A stretch of 61,784 nt of DNA, the filler included, from Globobulimina sp. (lineage: Eukaryota): NCBI GenBank assembly GCA_003354225.1. It is 17 parts of 17 records of this genome, joined end to end, with 100 filler letters (N's around TTAATTAATTAA, not from the genome) between each part and the next. Parts side by side here need not be neighbours in the genome. Positions count along the whole stretch, not along the records: positions 1 to 3,544 come from PIVH01002543.1; positions 3,645 to 7,187 come from PIVH01002544.1; positions 7,288 to 10,830 come from PIVH01002545.1; positions 10,931 to 14,472 come from PIVH01002546.1; 13 more parts are not named here. The stretch is one strand, 5' to 3'. Position 1 is the stretch's first letter. Every line of letters begins with the position of its first letter. Below, piece after piece: positions 1 through 11,372 of this stretch. The position numbers and the translations under genes are program-made. The notes beneath the pieces are model-generated. The model saw nothing but the letters and a program-made list of their open reading frames with translations. It had not been told where the DNA came from and made no database searches.

Positions 1-3000
1 AATCAAACACCTATAATAGTTCGGACAAAAGACGACATGGAGCACGCAATGGATGAACTTTCTGGTCAGAATTTTCATGAACAATTGGTCAATTATGCTT
101 CACCAAATTCGCGTTTCGTTTTCTTTCAACCGACTAACATAGAGATAGAAGTTGTTCCTTTGGAAGATCACCCACTTCGTGGAGATATATTACCTACCGA
201 TTTTCCAATTTCGTTGACAAGCCGAAGAGATGTGTACTGTTTTATCAGAAACAGCAATGGGAAAATTTTGCTTCATGACAATCTGTGTCTGTTTCGCTCC
301 TTGGCAGTTTTCTTATCGAAAAAAAGAGCAACAGATTGCGAAAAAGAAGCAATCAGAATGGCAAAAGAATTCTGTCATGAGCGAGGATTATCATTTGCAA
401 ACTTTCCTGGTATCACAATGGGTGAACTCGAACTAGTTGAAAACCATTTTGATGTTGGTATTAAGGTGTATGGTTGTGAAGATGCCGGAAATCGTAAATT
501 CCTATGCAAACTTCCCCAACTTGAAAAGAAAAATGGTGTTTGCCAATTGTTTAGGTTCAAAAACAAACATTTCTGTCTCATAAAACCAAACCATGAAGAC
601 AGTTTTCTTGGTGGGTTTCAATGTAAACAATGTCAAAAACATTTTCGCACAAATCGCGATTCTAATCTTCATGAAGCTAAATGTAAAGGTGGGTCGAGAA
701 TTGTTGTTAAAACTGGGAGGTATCTTCGACAAGATGTACTAGTTGACCAATTACAGCATAACGTTATGATTAAACAGAAGAGCGATGTGTTCCAACCATA
801 CTTTATTGTCTTTGATGCAGAGAGTTGCATGGAAAAACCGTGTAATGATGATCTGTTTTCGGCCAAGACTGTATACGATTATAAACACAAAGCGATTGTT
901 CTGTGTGCAGCTACTAACATTCCCGGTGAAGCGGCGAAAATTTTCATTAACAATGATGATCCTAATGAACCAGATCGTTATCTTAGAGAATTTTTGACTC
1001 AAGTAGAGAAATGGCGTGTGATGGCCCGAGACATAAACCTCGATCGGGTGCAATACATTCTCGATGAAATGGATAATCATATATCTGTACTTGAGAATAT
1101 TCCTGAACAGTATTATCGCATGAGACGAATGCAAATTCTACGAAAAAAGCTCTGCAAACACATGGAAACAATTAATTTGCTTAGTTTCAATGGTCGTTCC
1201 TATGACATTCCATTAATGAGAAACCATTTGCTACCTCTTATTCATCAGTTTGGAAATGGTTTAAAGTATATTGATGACGGGGAAGATAGTAATGATGATG
1301 AATTGGATGATGTAGAATCAGGTGAAATATTGTCCGGTAAAATGAAATCGGGAATCCATTTCCTGCTTAAAACAGGTGCCAGTCGCTATGATGCCATTCT
1401 TGCACATAATATTAGATTCCTCGATGTGTTGAATTATTTGGGTGGCCAAGCTGTAACTTTAAGATCATTCGTTTCCAACTTTGCAAAAGATCAAAAAGAC
1501 AAAGTGGACAAAGCTTGGTTTCCATATAAATTTCTAAAGAAAATAGAAAAAGCAGAAGACCTAAAACAGTTTGGCTTGCCAGAGATATCAGATTTTATTT
1601 CTGACATGGGAGATGGCAGCACATTGGGCAAAGATGAAACCGAAATAAAAGGAAATTACTTGGAATTTATAACACTGTGGCTTGAAACAGGGTGTTCAAA
1701 TTTGTATGATTGGTTGATGGAATATGTAAAGATTGATTGTCTTTGCATGATTCCTGCTGTTGAAACTCTGCAAAAACAATGGCAAGATAGAAACATTGAT
1801 CTGTTCAGTAATCATTGCACAATTCAATCAGCAAATGCACCTTACCTTCTATCGACTATGCCTCCAAATGTATATTTTACACTCCCTGATAAAGATACCA
1901 TGACAGTTCTGAGAGAAAAAGGTGTCATTGGGGGTTTGGCTGAAATCTTTACTCGTCACCAAGAAGCGGGTGTGACACCAGTACATCCAGGTTCGAATAC
2001 TCTGACACAATCGATTGAAAGTCTTGATTCCAACAGCCAATATTTGGCTGCGTTGGCATCAGAAATGCCTGTAGGACCATATCTAGTAAGAAAAGCTGAG
2101 GACAGTTTTTGGCCAAGGCTTCAGGGAGAAAGACGTGCAACAACCGCAATTCAATGGATCGATTATGAAGCACAAAAAATCAGTTACGGAATCCGTCATA
2201 CATTGAATGGTGGTGAACCAACATTTTTTCATGGCGTGCAGATGAGACCAGATGGTTACTGTCATGAGTTAGACATAATTTACGAGTATGATGGGTGCGA
2301 TACACATGGTTGCGATCGTTGTGATAAGAGCAACCTTGGGGAAGAGATAAGCCCAGTGACTGGGAAAACATACAATGAAATGCGCAAAAAGACCATGGCT
2401 CGAAATGAGATATGGCGATCTCACCATGCTCAACTTGTAATTATGCAAGAATGCCATTTTAAAGAACAGTTGAAAACAGATTACAAAATGAAACAGTTTG
2501 TTGAAAGTTGGTTGCTTGGCCCACAGAAATTTGGTTGTAACACAAAAAAACTGACAGAAGAATCCATGAAAAATAAATTGATTTATGGTGAGGTTTTTGG
2601 ATTTGCACTTGTTGATCTAGAAAGCGACCCATCACATCCAGACTATGAAAAATTTAAAATGTTCCCACCGATAATTCGACACTTAGAAATTAATAGAAAA
2701 ATGATACCCGAGGAGGTGTTACAAGTAGGGAAACAAAATGGTATAGATTTTGTGAAACCCAGAAAAAATTTGGTCGCATGCATGACAGGGAATCAAGTTT
2801 TGATGTACACTCCATTGCTGAAGTATCTCTGTGAAATTGGTGTCAAGTTGACTAAAGTTTATCAAGTAATTCAGTTTCAAGGACGTCATTTCCCATTCAG
2901 ATCATATGAAAAAATAGTAGCTGACATGCGTAGAGAAGGAGATCGGATGGGGAATACTGTGGTAACGAACTTGGCTAAGCATATGGGTGCTAGTGCTTGG

Positions 3001-3544
3001 GGAAAATTTGCATTCAATCCACAAAAACGTAATGAATATAAAATCTCTGATTTGGATGAATTCAAAAAGTTGGCAAATTGTCATACTTATATGAGCCACT
3101 TGGAGTTGGATGAAGGGTATACCGAGATTCAACTGAAACCAAGGACTGTTAAGTTTGATTTGCCAATTCAAATCGCTGTTGCAGTATATGGGGCTGCAAA
3201 ACTGAATTTATTGCGTTTTGTCCACAGTTACATTCTAAAATATTTCGATCATACAAAATTGGCAATATGTGGTTCAGACACGGATAGTGTTATTGTTAGC
3301 TGGGGAAGTGAGGATCCAGATTCGCTTGTCTTACCTCATTTGCGAGATGAATATGAAGAAAATAAATATGAATTTGTGGTAGATGAGCGTACTCCAGAAG
3401 CCGAAGCATATACCAAACGTCAACCGGGTTTATTCAAAGTGGAGAAACGAGCTAAAGGGTTTATTGGTCTGTCAGCAAAATGTTACATTATGGTAGATGA
3501 AGACGAAAACACTTTGAAACATGCGGCAAAAGGAGTGTCAGCCA
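1..3544 (+). CDS. Protein-primed family B DNA polymerase (Polinton/Maverick or Polinton-like virus type); partial at both ends
   Basis: Intronless frame, open from position 1 to the contig end. ExoI FDAES (811-825), ExoII SFNGRSYD, ExoIII YVKID, motif A LDSNSQY (2023-2043), motif B KHMGASAWGKF (2977-3009), motif C GSDTDS (3271-3288), then PGLFKVE and AKCY..KGV. N-terminal OTU-like DNLCLFRSL and a CxxC-H-C finger; VSR-like insert PDGY..YEYDGCDTHGC. Confidence 0.9.
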
Positions 3545-3644
3545 NNNNNNNNNNNNNNNNNNNNNNNNNNNNNNNNNNNNNNNNNNNNTTAATTAATTAA
3601 NNNNNNNNNNNNNNNNNNNNNNNNNNNNNNNNNNNNNNNNNNNN
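3545..3644. other. Artificial contig linker (44 N + TTAATTAATTAA + 44 N); 16 copies in the window
   Basis: The same 100-nt linker starts at 3545, 7188, 10831, 14473, 18114, 21755, 25396, 29036, 32676, 36316, 39956, 43595, 47234, 50872, 54510 and 58148. Its 12-mer has stops in all six frames. Contig lengths fall from 3544 to 3537. Confidence 0.98.
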
Positions 3645-5445
3645 AGTGGTGGGCAGATTGCCGATTTAACGAGGCTCTTTTCTATGAAACATATTTATTT
3701 GAGTCTGCGGTCAAGACCTTGTCATTTATTTCTCGATTCTTTCTCTTGTGCAGCCAGACCCTTGTGCCATAGCTGGCGCCAAATTTAAGTTCGAAGCAAT
3801 AGCACTTTCAAACACCCATGATTTCATAGATAAATAAATCCAAAATGCATAAATAGCGCGTCAGTGACAGACCAATCATTTGTTCCATCCATATTTGTGT
3901 CTTTTTATTCGATTTCATTCTTTTTTGTGTCAGCATAACAGCAGTGCATCTTTCCCTTTAGCTTTGATTTTGGAGGTTCAAAAGTTGCCGTGACGCTCAG
4001 ATTTTTGGACACACACCCTATGGTGATTAAGAAGCAGACTGTATAGATTTCAGCCGATTTAACAGATGTTCCATGTCATATTTCAAGGTTTTCACTTCGT
4101 AGGAAAATCTTATTAGTTTAGTATTCTTGGTATATATACAAGATACTAAACAACTAGATAATGTAACCAAGCACAATGTCAACATTGTCATCTTTTAGTC
4201 AGTTAAAGTTCATTCGAACCACATACGTCCATCAGTCACACTCCATAGATCCCAAATCGAAACCAAGAGCTTCCGGATTTCAGATATTGGCTGAAAATCT
4301 GATATATTCACAACTCCAGCGACAGCCAAAGGTAAACATTATTTATCTATTTTGAATTTAAAATCACATTAATAATACAAGCGAGGGATTGCATTAATTG
4401 GAAGCAGAGATCATGAAATCATTGCTTTTCTAGAGATTATGGGCAAAACAAACACCAACAACGCTGTGCTATCGATATTACACATCAGGTTCCTGCAATA
4501 CTCGGCCTGCGATCACTAAAGAATGAATGCAATCCGATCTCGTTGGTCCTTCCAACTCTATTGCAATATCTAAAACTGGAAAATAGCCACTGTCTGTACA
4601 CATCAAATATATATCTGCATCGTCAACAGGACATTAATGTGGACATTGACTATTGCCATGATTATGTCCAGTTAAATGCAAATATCCATCAGGTCCCATG
4701 AATATTTTGAGTTGTTCAAATCCTTTGAGATCTACGGTATCCAACGAATTCATAATTGGCGAGACCTTAGACGAATATTGTTTTCTTTCGTTTTATATCA
4801 ATGACATCGATGTGAAATTGTGCCTCAATTGCTAATAATCCTAAATCGGTGTCGACTGAACATTTGCCGTACATACGAGCTGTTGCCTTTACTTCACTAC
4901 TTTCAGTTACGCAATTATTATTATTATCATATAATGAATAAAAAAACAAAATGAGATGGGCCTAACCAAAGGTTTGTTATTATGTAATCAAAAAATTTAG
5001 TATATATATTTCCAGAAAGAGCTGAATTTGATCATGGCATCTCTCAAAAGTGCTTCGGAGCAGGATTCAATAGTTAGTTATATGTCGTATGATCATAGCG
5101 ACACAGAATATAACAAGTGTGACACAAAAAAATCAATTCTGAAGGGTGTGCTGAGAATGGAACAAGTGTGACAAAGCATTGAATTGCAATCGTAGAGAAA
5201 GTGTGTACAGTACACTATCTGCAGCGGAAATCAATATTATTTTACAAATCCTCAGCAAACCATCCATACCATTGGGATGTGATGTGTTGTTATCGTTTTG
5301 TTTTGTTTCGCAAACATACCCATTCATATGTTTGGTGAGGTGGCTCACAGATGCGGCGGCGATCGGCGAATAGGGGTCTTTGTGTCTTTGACGCTCCTCT
5401 GTCATTTGTTTATTTATTCAAACCTTTCTGAGCGTAGCGAAGCCA

Positions 5446-5773
5446 TGGTCGGCTTGAGTGGTCTTGGTATGATAAATGTTTCTGTTTCTTTTGACGACTA
5501 TTCAGAAGGCGTGGTTGATGGCGGCTCAGGCTTGGGTGCCTTGGTCTTGGAGCGTATCGCTGTGGATTACAGAAAGAAATCCCAAGTTTTGTTTGCGTAA
5601 TCTCTCCCTATACGCAAATTCGCACTTGCATATATACATAGATTTGAACGAGTTTCAGACCAATTTAGTGCGCGCAGAACTTCTTTACCAAAATCGCTGA
5701 CTTTGATGCCGAGGACGACAAGTATATGGCGATCAGTGTGAATTACAGAGGCGATGTCAAGGCCAAGGAGGCG
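5446..5773 (+). pseudogene. Fragmented alpha-tubulin relic (divergent alpha2 type)
   Basis: Three collinear pieces in different frames, with large internal deletions and a stop: GSGLGALVLERIAVDYRKKS (~5524-5583), DLNEFQTNLV (5641-5670) and AQNFFTKIADFDAEDDKYMAISVNYRGDVKAKEA (5672-5773). They align to alpha-tubulin GSG..LLMERLSVDYGKKS, DLTEFQTNLV and KYMA....YRGDV..K. Confidence 0.75.
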
Positions 5774-6132
5774 TTCGAGGCATTGACGATTGGATATAAT
5801 TTACTCAATTGTGGGGGTACACTGATATCATTTGGTATAATTAGCGATACAGCTCAATTTACAGTAAATCCGTCATATTTTACAAGAAAAGAGATTACGA
5901 TTATTGGGAGTATATTAGGCAATGATACGCAAGAACATGCAATTGATGCAATACAACGATATATTGCGAAGGGATATATGGGCTTGGATATGGCATGGTA
6001 CGAAAATTGAATATTGTCAGATTGTATGATTTTGACGATTATAAACGTGCGATTGGAGATATTGAAAAGGGTAATATTTGTAAAGCGATGATCGATGTTG
6101 GCAACGTACGTTTGAATGAGAGCAAATTATAA
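5774..6132 (+). pseudogene. C-terminal part of a zinc-binding (MDR-family) alcohol dehydrogenase; frameshifted; ends in SKL
   Basis: LLNCGGTLISFG..RKEITIIGS.., then a frame change near 5975-6010 to KLNIVRLYDFDDYKRAIGDIEKGNICKAMIDVGNVRLNESKL*. SKL is a PTS1 peroxisomal signal. No N-terminal half is present. Confidence 0.55.
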
Positions 6133-6382
6133 ATCGTGTATTTTTGCAAATACCAAAAGTATAATTCTATGCGTTGTACATTAGAGTGCGATTTACCTCT
6201 TTTATTATCTTATATTTTATTAATCTATTCATACATGCAATAAATATACTAGCGTTGTGAACATACTTCGGGAAAACCTTGCTTTACAACGGAGTAGGAT
6301 CGGAAAGAGGAAATTGTCTCTAAAAACTAGAAATATGTATGATCGACATATGAATCAACAGCAAACACAAACAAAAAATCAC

Positions 6383-7187
6383 TTATATATTTTTGATGAT
6401 AATGGCAGAAGCACCGCCGCCTCCATTACAAATCCCTGCAATTCCGTACCTACCATTCTTTTGTTTCAATACATTTACCAAAGTCACCACAATGCGTGCA
6501 CCAGAACAGCCCAATGGGTGACCCATCCCCACTGCACCTCCAAAAATATTGACATTCTCGATTGGCACATCCAACAACTTTGCATTGGCAATGGCAGCGA
6601 CACTAAACGCTTCATTGATCTCAAAATAATCTTTGCTCCAATCCAAATCAGTCATTCCCAGCCCTGCCCTCTGCATCGCTTTCGGTATCGCCAACGCAGG
6701 CGTCGTTGGAAAGTCAATGGGGTTTTGAGCTGCGTCTGCAAACGAGATTATCTCACACAACGGTACCAAACTCTCGTTTTCTTTGATATACTTCCCCGAA
6801 CACACAATAAGCACTGCTGCCCCGTCGCTCAACTGAGATGAGTTCGCTGCCGTGACTGTCCCCTCTTTTTTGTCGAATGCGCCTCTTAATTTCCTCAGTT
6901 TCTCTTCATTCAATTTATTGCACCCCTCGTCATTGCTTACCACTTTTGGGTCGCCTTTTCTTTGCGGGACTGAAACTGAGATTATTTCTTTGTCGAATGT
7001 CCCATCCTCGTTTGCCTGTTTTGCTTTCTTGAAACTATCACACATGCACAAAATCGGAAATATTTTTCAAAATAACAAATGTTAGGTATCATACCTGCGG
7101 ATCGCGTAATTGTCCTGCTCATTTCTGGAGATTTTGTGTTTTTTTGCGCAGATTTCCGCACAGTTGCCCATGTGTTGGTCTGTGTAA
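6383..7187 (-). CDS. Acetyl-CoA acetyltransferase (thiolase), 5'-partial; intron 7035-7094
   Basis: HMGNCAE..ISRNEQD joins across a 60-nt GT-AG intron to SFKKA. Motifs GTVTAANSSQLSDGAA, EINEAF, GHPLGCSG and ICNGGGGA. Confidence 0.95.
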
Positions 7188-7495
7188 NNNNNNNNNNNNN
7201 NNNNNNNNNNNNNNNNNNNNNNNNNNNNNNNTTAATTAATTAANNNNNNNNNNNNNNNNNNNNNNNNNNNNNNNNNNNNNNNNNNNNATATATATTAGTG
7301 TATGATCATATATTATCCCTCGACAAGTAGATAATATATATATTAGTGTATGATAATATATATATATATATGAGTAGATAATATACGTAGTTCTTAGTGG
7401 GAACACCTCTGTATATCATTTAAAGGTTTACATTCGTATACTTTATGCCTGCATATTAAAAAAATCAGTAATTTTTCTTGAAGCAACTTTTATTT

Positions 7496-7858
7496 TTATT
7501 CTTTTTTGTTTTTTCCATTTATGACGGTGTACATGCGCAAGATTGAAGTATATTTATTGTTACTATTACATTGGGATCTTTTTTTTAAATGTTCATCACG
7601 TAATAATGCACTCCAACGCAAGGCTCTACCATGAGTATTATATCCATATTCCGCCACTGTGGCTTTGAATCTAGAATTTGATACTCTGCGATTACATCCA
7701 AATTGTACAGTGACAACTATTTTTTTAAAAAGAGTATCGAAGTGATTTTTGTTTGGTTTTATCTTTACCCTCCCTCCCCAATATTTTATGTTATGATTTA
7801 CATCGTAAGATGCTTTAAAAAAACAAACAAAAGCGATGTACTCAAATAATCTATCCAA
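7496..7858 (-). CDS. Hypothetical basic protein lying between inverted repeats
   Basis: 120-aa ORF in AT-rich DNA with no recognisable motif. Confidence 0.25.
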   Translation of the reverse strand: MDRLFEYIAFVCFFKASYDVNHNIKYWGGRVKIKPNKNHFDTLFKKIVVTVQFGCNRRVSNSRFKATVAEYGYNTHGRALRWSALLRDEHLKKRSQCNSNNKYTSILRMYTVINGKNKKE

Positions 7859-8071
7859 TGAAGATAAACTAAACTATTTTTTTCAAATTTAATTATCGAA
7901 TTGCCTGACCTCCCTAAATGATGATTTCTTAGATCTTAATGCCTTCTCGAAATTAACTGCAAACTCAAATTTTTTTCCGAAAGAGACCATTGATAAGTGC
8001 AGTGTAAAGTTTGCTACTCAAAAAAAAAAACATTGTAAAAGAAAACCACATACCAACCTTCCTCCTCACGC

Positions 8072-8992
8072 TATATTCGCTAGTTTGGCGTCTTAATCAT
8101 ATATACAGATGTGTTACCGCAAAGAATTACGCATAGTATTACTCATATATATATATATATATATATATTAGTTTTAATCATATGGTGGACCTGTCAAGGG
8201 ATCATATATGATCATATATATAATATATCTATGATCATATATATATATGAGTAATTTAATAAATATAGACTGTGTGTAGATTATAGTGTGAATTAGTTGA
8301 ATCTGTTTGATATATCACTGAGCTTTCGGCTTACGTAAAGAAGCCATTGTCAAAGTGTTTAAATTGAAAAGTTAATAATCAATCACAAAAAAACTACAAA
8401 CATTCAACACAAACACACAACAAACGAATAAAACCACGTAAACAAAATACAAATATTAAATAGATGGTTAACAATAAAACAAAAAAGAAAACACAATATA
8501 TTCAACCAACCAAATAAAACATAATAATAAAACCATACAAACATAGTGGTGAAACAAAACAAACTCAACCAATTAAAAATAAAATTAAATTAATAATAAA
8601 ATAAAATAAAATCCACGCCACTAATTCTAAATTTGTATCACGCCAACATCGATTCAAATGGTTCGTACTTTTCGTCGTCTTTTAATTTTAATAATTCTTT
8701 CTTCTCCCACTCTCTCCACCTGCTTTCGAACGAATTTTCTGGCAATTTAAAGTCTAATAAATCTTTCTCATTTTCTTCAAATAGATCTAAAAAATCCTCT
8801 CCAGTTTCTACCGCATTGAACTCCAAACTGTAATCTAAATTTACTTGATTTAAATGTGATATAATCAATTTTTCATCAAAAAATACTAAATCCGAGTCCT
8901 GGATATCTAATTCATTTGTTTTTATATTTATGCGTAGTTCTTTGCGGGAACACATCTGTATATATGATTAAGACGCCAAACTAGCTAATATA
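8072..8992. repeat. 64-bp inverted repeat pair (8072-8135 / 8929-8992), with a third degenerate copy near 7300-7420
   Basis: The reverse complement of 8072-8135 matches 8929-8992 at 61/64 positions. 7384-7420 is a more diverged copy. The 7300 and 8100 copies sit next to (AT)n tracts. Confidence 0.85.
8638..8955 (-). CDS. Hypothetical acidic protein or exon
   Basis: 105-aa ORF; its ATG and a possible cag| acceptor lie inside the 8929-8992 repeat copy. Confidence 0.35.
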   Translation of the reverse strand: MCSRKELRINIKTNELDIQDSDLVFFDEKLIISHLNQVNLDYSLEFNAVETGEDFLDLFEENEKDLLDFKLPENSFESRWREWEKKELLKLKDDEKYEPFESMLA

Positions 8993-9024
8993 TAAAACTA
9001 AAAAAGATAAACAGTATGTTAGAT

Positions 9025-9631
9025 TTATTTGAATAAAAAAACTTCAAATTGTGTACATACAATCGCAGTATGTTCTGGCTTCATTAAATTGTGACTCAAA
9101 AGTGATCCAATTCCAGAGAGAGGTCTCGGTGTGTCTGTTACATCAATCGAATCCACCCACTCAATGAAAATCTCTGAAAATTTCTCAGTTGAATCAAAGA
9201 CATAATTATTCGGTAAATGATAAATCCTATTCCATGTATATTTGATTGGGATAGTTTTAACTGATGTTTGTAATAACAAACTCCAGCTATCTTCTTCATA
9301 TCCACCATGAAAATGCATTAAAATATCTCGTGTATTTGTTTGGATAGCCATTATCTTGAAATCTAAATGTTTCATGCAATTTAAAATGATTCAAATCCGG
9401 TATCATTTCATTAAATGCATATCCGATAAATTGAATATGATTAACACTTACAATATTTGAAGTCATGATAATATTTCCATACCATGGAGGTATTATGTTT
9501 TTTAAATCTTGTGGCATTTCTAAATCTAAAATATCTTCGAATTGTGTGCGAATAAATCCCAATACTAATTTATTAATCGATTCTTTTTGTTCAGTGTTTG
9601 AATGAAATTTATTAATCGATTCTTTCTGCAT
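9025..9631 (-). pseudogene. Degenerate TLDc-like domain protein with an N-terminal GFIR..P..L..II motif; frameshift near 9375
   Basis: Overlapping ORFs 9296-9631 and 9025-9375. C-terminal FEVF is typical of TLDc ends. QKESINK is tandemly duplicated (9567-9650). Confidence 0.35.
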
Positions 9632-10082
9632 TATGAACAGTGTTTGAATGCGTTCGTGTACTTATTGTTGGTCGTTTATATAATATTTTTTCGCTGTCTC
9701 TAATTTTCACCAATAATTTTTGCCTTGCAATATACTCTGTTAATGATTGTAATCCAGTTGTTGGTTTTTTGACATATTGCGGTGAGTGTTTGAGGCGAGT
9801 GTTGTTTTTATACATCCGCTCCAACGCACAAAAAAGGTGTTTGAATGCCCTTTGAACATACCAAAGATTTGCACCTGCAATATCATAAATATAATGATGA
9901 TGTAATGTTGTTTCTTTTTTCTTTTTTCTTTTTTCTTTTTTACAATTGGTCACCTTTCTCGTGACTGTTGAATGTCCAGCTAATTTGTTGTAAAAACCAT
10001 ACAATGTTAACTGTCTTTGTTTTTTAAAAGGTCTCTCGTCTGTAGTAGGGTTTTTTTTCTTTTCCTGTGATTGGCCATTCAC
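9612..10082 (-). CDS. Hypothetical Lys-rich protein
   Basis: 156-aa ORF; no family recognised. Confidence 0.3.
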   Translation of the reverse strand: MNGQSQEKKKNPTTDERPFKKQRQLTLYGFYNKLAGHSTVTRKVTNCKKEKRKKKKETTLHHHYIYDIAGANLWYVQRAFKHLFCALERMYKNNTRLKHSPQYVKKPTTGLQSLTEYIARQKLLVKIRDSEKILYKRPTISTRTHSNTVHNAERID

Positions 10083-10930
10083 AAAGATGTACTTTTTTGA
10101 GAGTTTTTTTTTGAACTCTGGTGTGTAAGGTTAACTTAAGTATCTCTCTTATGTGCAAGGATAACTTAGTTACAAAAACAAATACCATTTAAGGCATCAA
10201 ATTGTTCCAATGTGACTTGATTGAAAGTTTGTAATTGTATTGGTGATAGCTTTGATTGCTGCAACGCGAATTTGAGATTACCATATCTTCGAAGAAATGT
10301 TGCTTTGAATTTTGAGCGATAAATATGTGCAACCATCGATACAAGCGAGTATTGTGAGCCTGTCCAGTCCAAACAGTCTTACAATAATATATGTTTATTG
10401 TTTGTAACATATAGCATTAAAAAAAAAACATGGCTCTGGCATTTGCTCGTCCACGAACTGATATAATTAATGCGAATTCGTTTTTAACGACAAATAATTC
10501 GGAGACGCTTCCATGCCTGCGCTCTAAATAGATAACAGTGCCACTCTTTCCTGTATCCTCTGCTTCCTTGGCATCGGTTGTCATTACTACAGAGGTTTTT
10601 CGAGTTTTATAAAGTTTGACTAAGGTAACAAGCACTGTCCCTCACGTCTAGGCTCTAATAATATTATATATATATGATTAAATTTCAAGTGAAGTATCTC
10701 ACGGCTAGCCTCTACTAATATATATATATATATGATTAAAAAAAAAATACTAATATATATATTATTACTCTACTAATATATATATGAATCATTAAGTATC
10801 CTGTCTGAATATTCCGCTTAGTATGCTGACNNNNNNNNNNNNNNNNNNNNNNNNNNNNNNNNNNNNNNNNNNNNTTAATTAATTAANNNNNNNNNNNNNN
10901 NNNNNNNNNNNNNNNNNNNNNNNNNNNNNN

Positions 10931-11174
10931 AGCCCCACACTTTGGACACGGCGCCAAACGCTCCTTTTCCGCACAACTGCGCTTGTGCACAATTATAGAT
11001 GACATTGTGGATGATGCATGGAAGTCGCATTGATTCGGTACAACGTGCTGGTGGTTCGGATGGCAGTGGAGAATGTTCGTTAGGATAATAGTTTGCCAAT
11101 ATAGCGGAACATGTACATGTTGTAGCGGAACATATGACCATCCAAAACATGTGGAAGATGGTAGGCTGAGACAT
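10931..11174 (-). CDS. Possible protein kinase N-terminus with a signal-peptide-like leader, 3'-partial
   Basis: Hydrophobic leader, then a Gly-rich loop GKGAFGAV at the contig end. Confidence 0.45.
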
Positions 11175-11372
11175 GAAACGACTGTTAAAGTTTTTTGATG
11201 TTTATTTTTGAGACAGAGACAGAGACAGATTCATATACGGTATGCGTCATAATAAATTATACTGTACGTGTATAGTACTTCAAATTTAAACATATACAAA
11301 TCCAAACAATTGACAGTAATTACAATTTATAGCAGAAAGCAAATATTTTATTTTTTTATTTTTTTATTTTTA

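Noticed and set aside
3545-3644. Regularly spaced TTAATTAATTAA palindromes as a biological repeat
   Set aside because: They are embedded in fixed N runs and form an artificial six-frame-stop linker. ORF ends such as XXXLIN are artefacts.
4090-4950. Possible minus-strand gene
   Set aside because: All frames contain frequent stops and I recognise no family; at most a decayed pseudogene.
5998-6020. 23-nt mini-intron repairing the ADH frame
   Set aside because: Splicing it creates an in-frame TGA, and it is much shorter than the other introns.
6257-6841. 194-aa plus-strand ORF and similar shadow ORFs (36930-37469, 41510-42016, 57009-57512)
   Set aside because: They are antisense to well-supported genes and carry no motifs.
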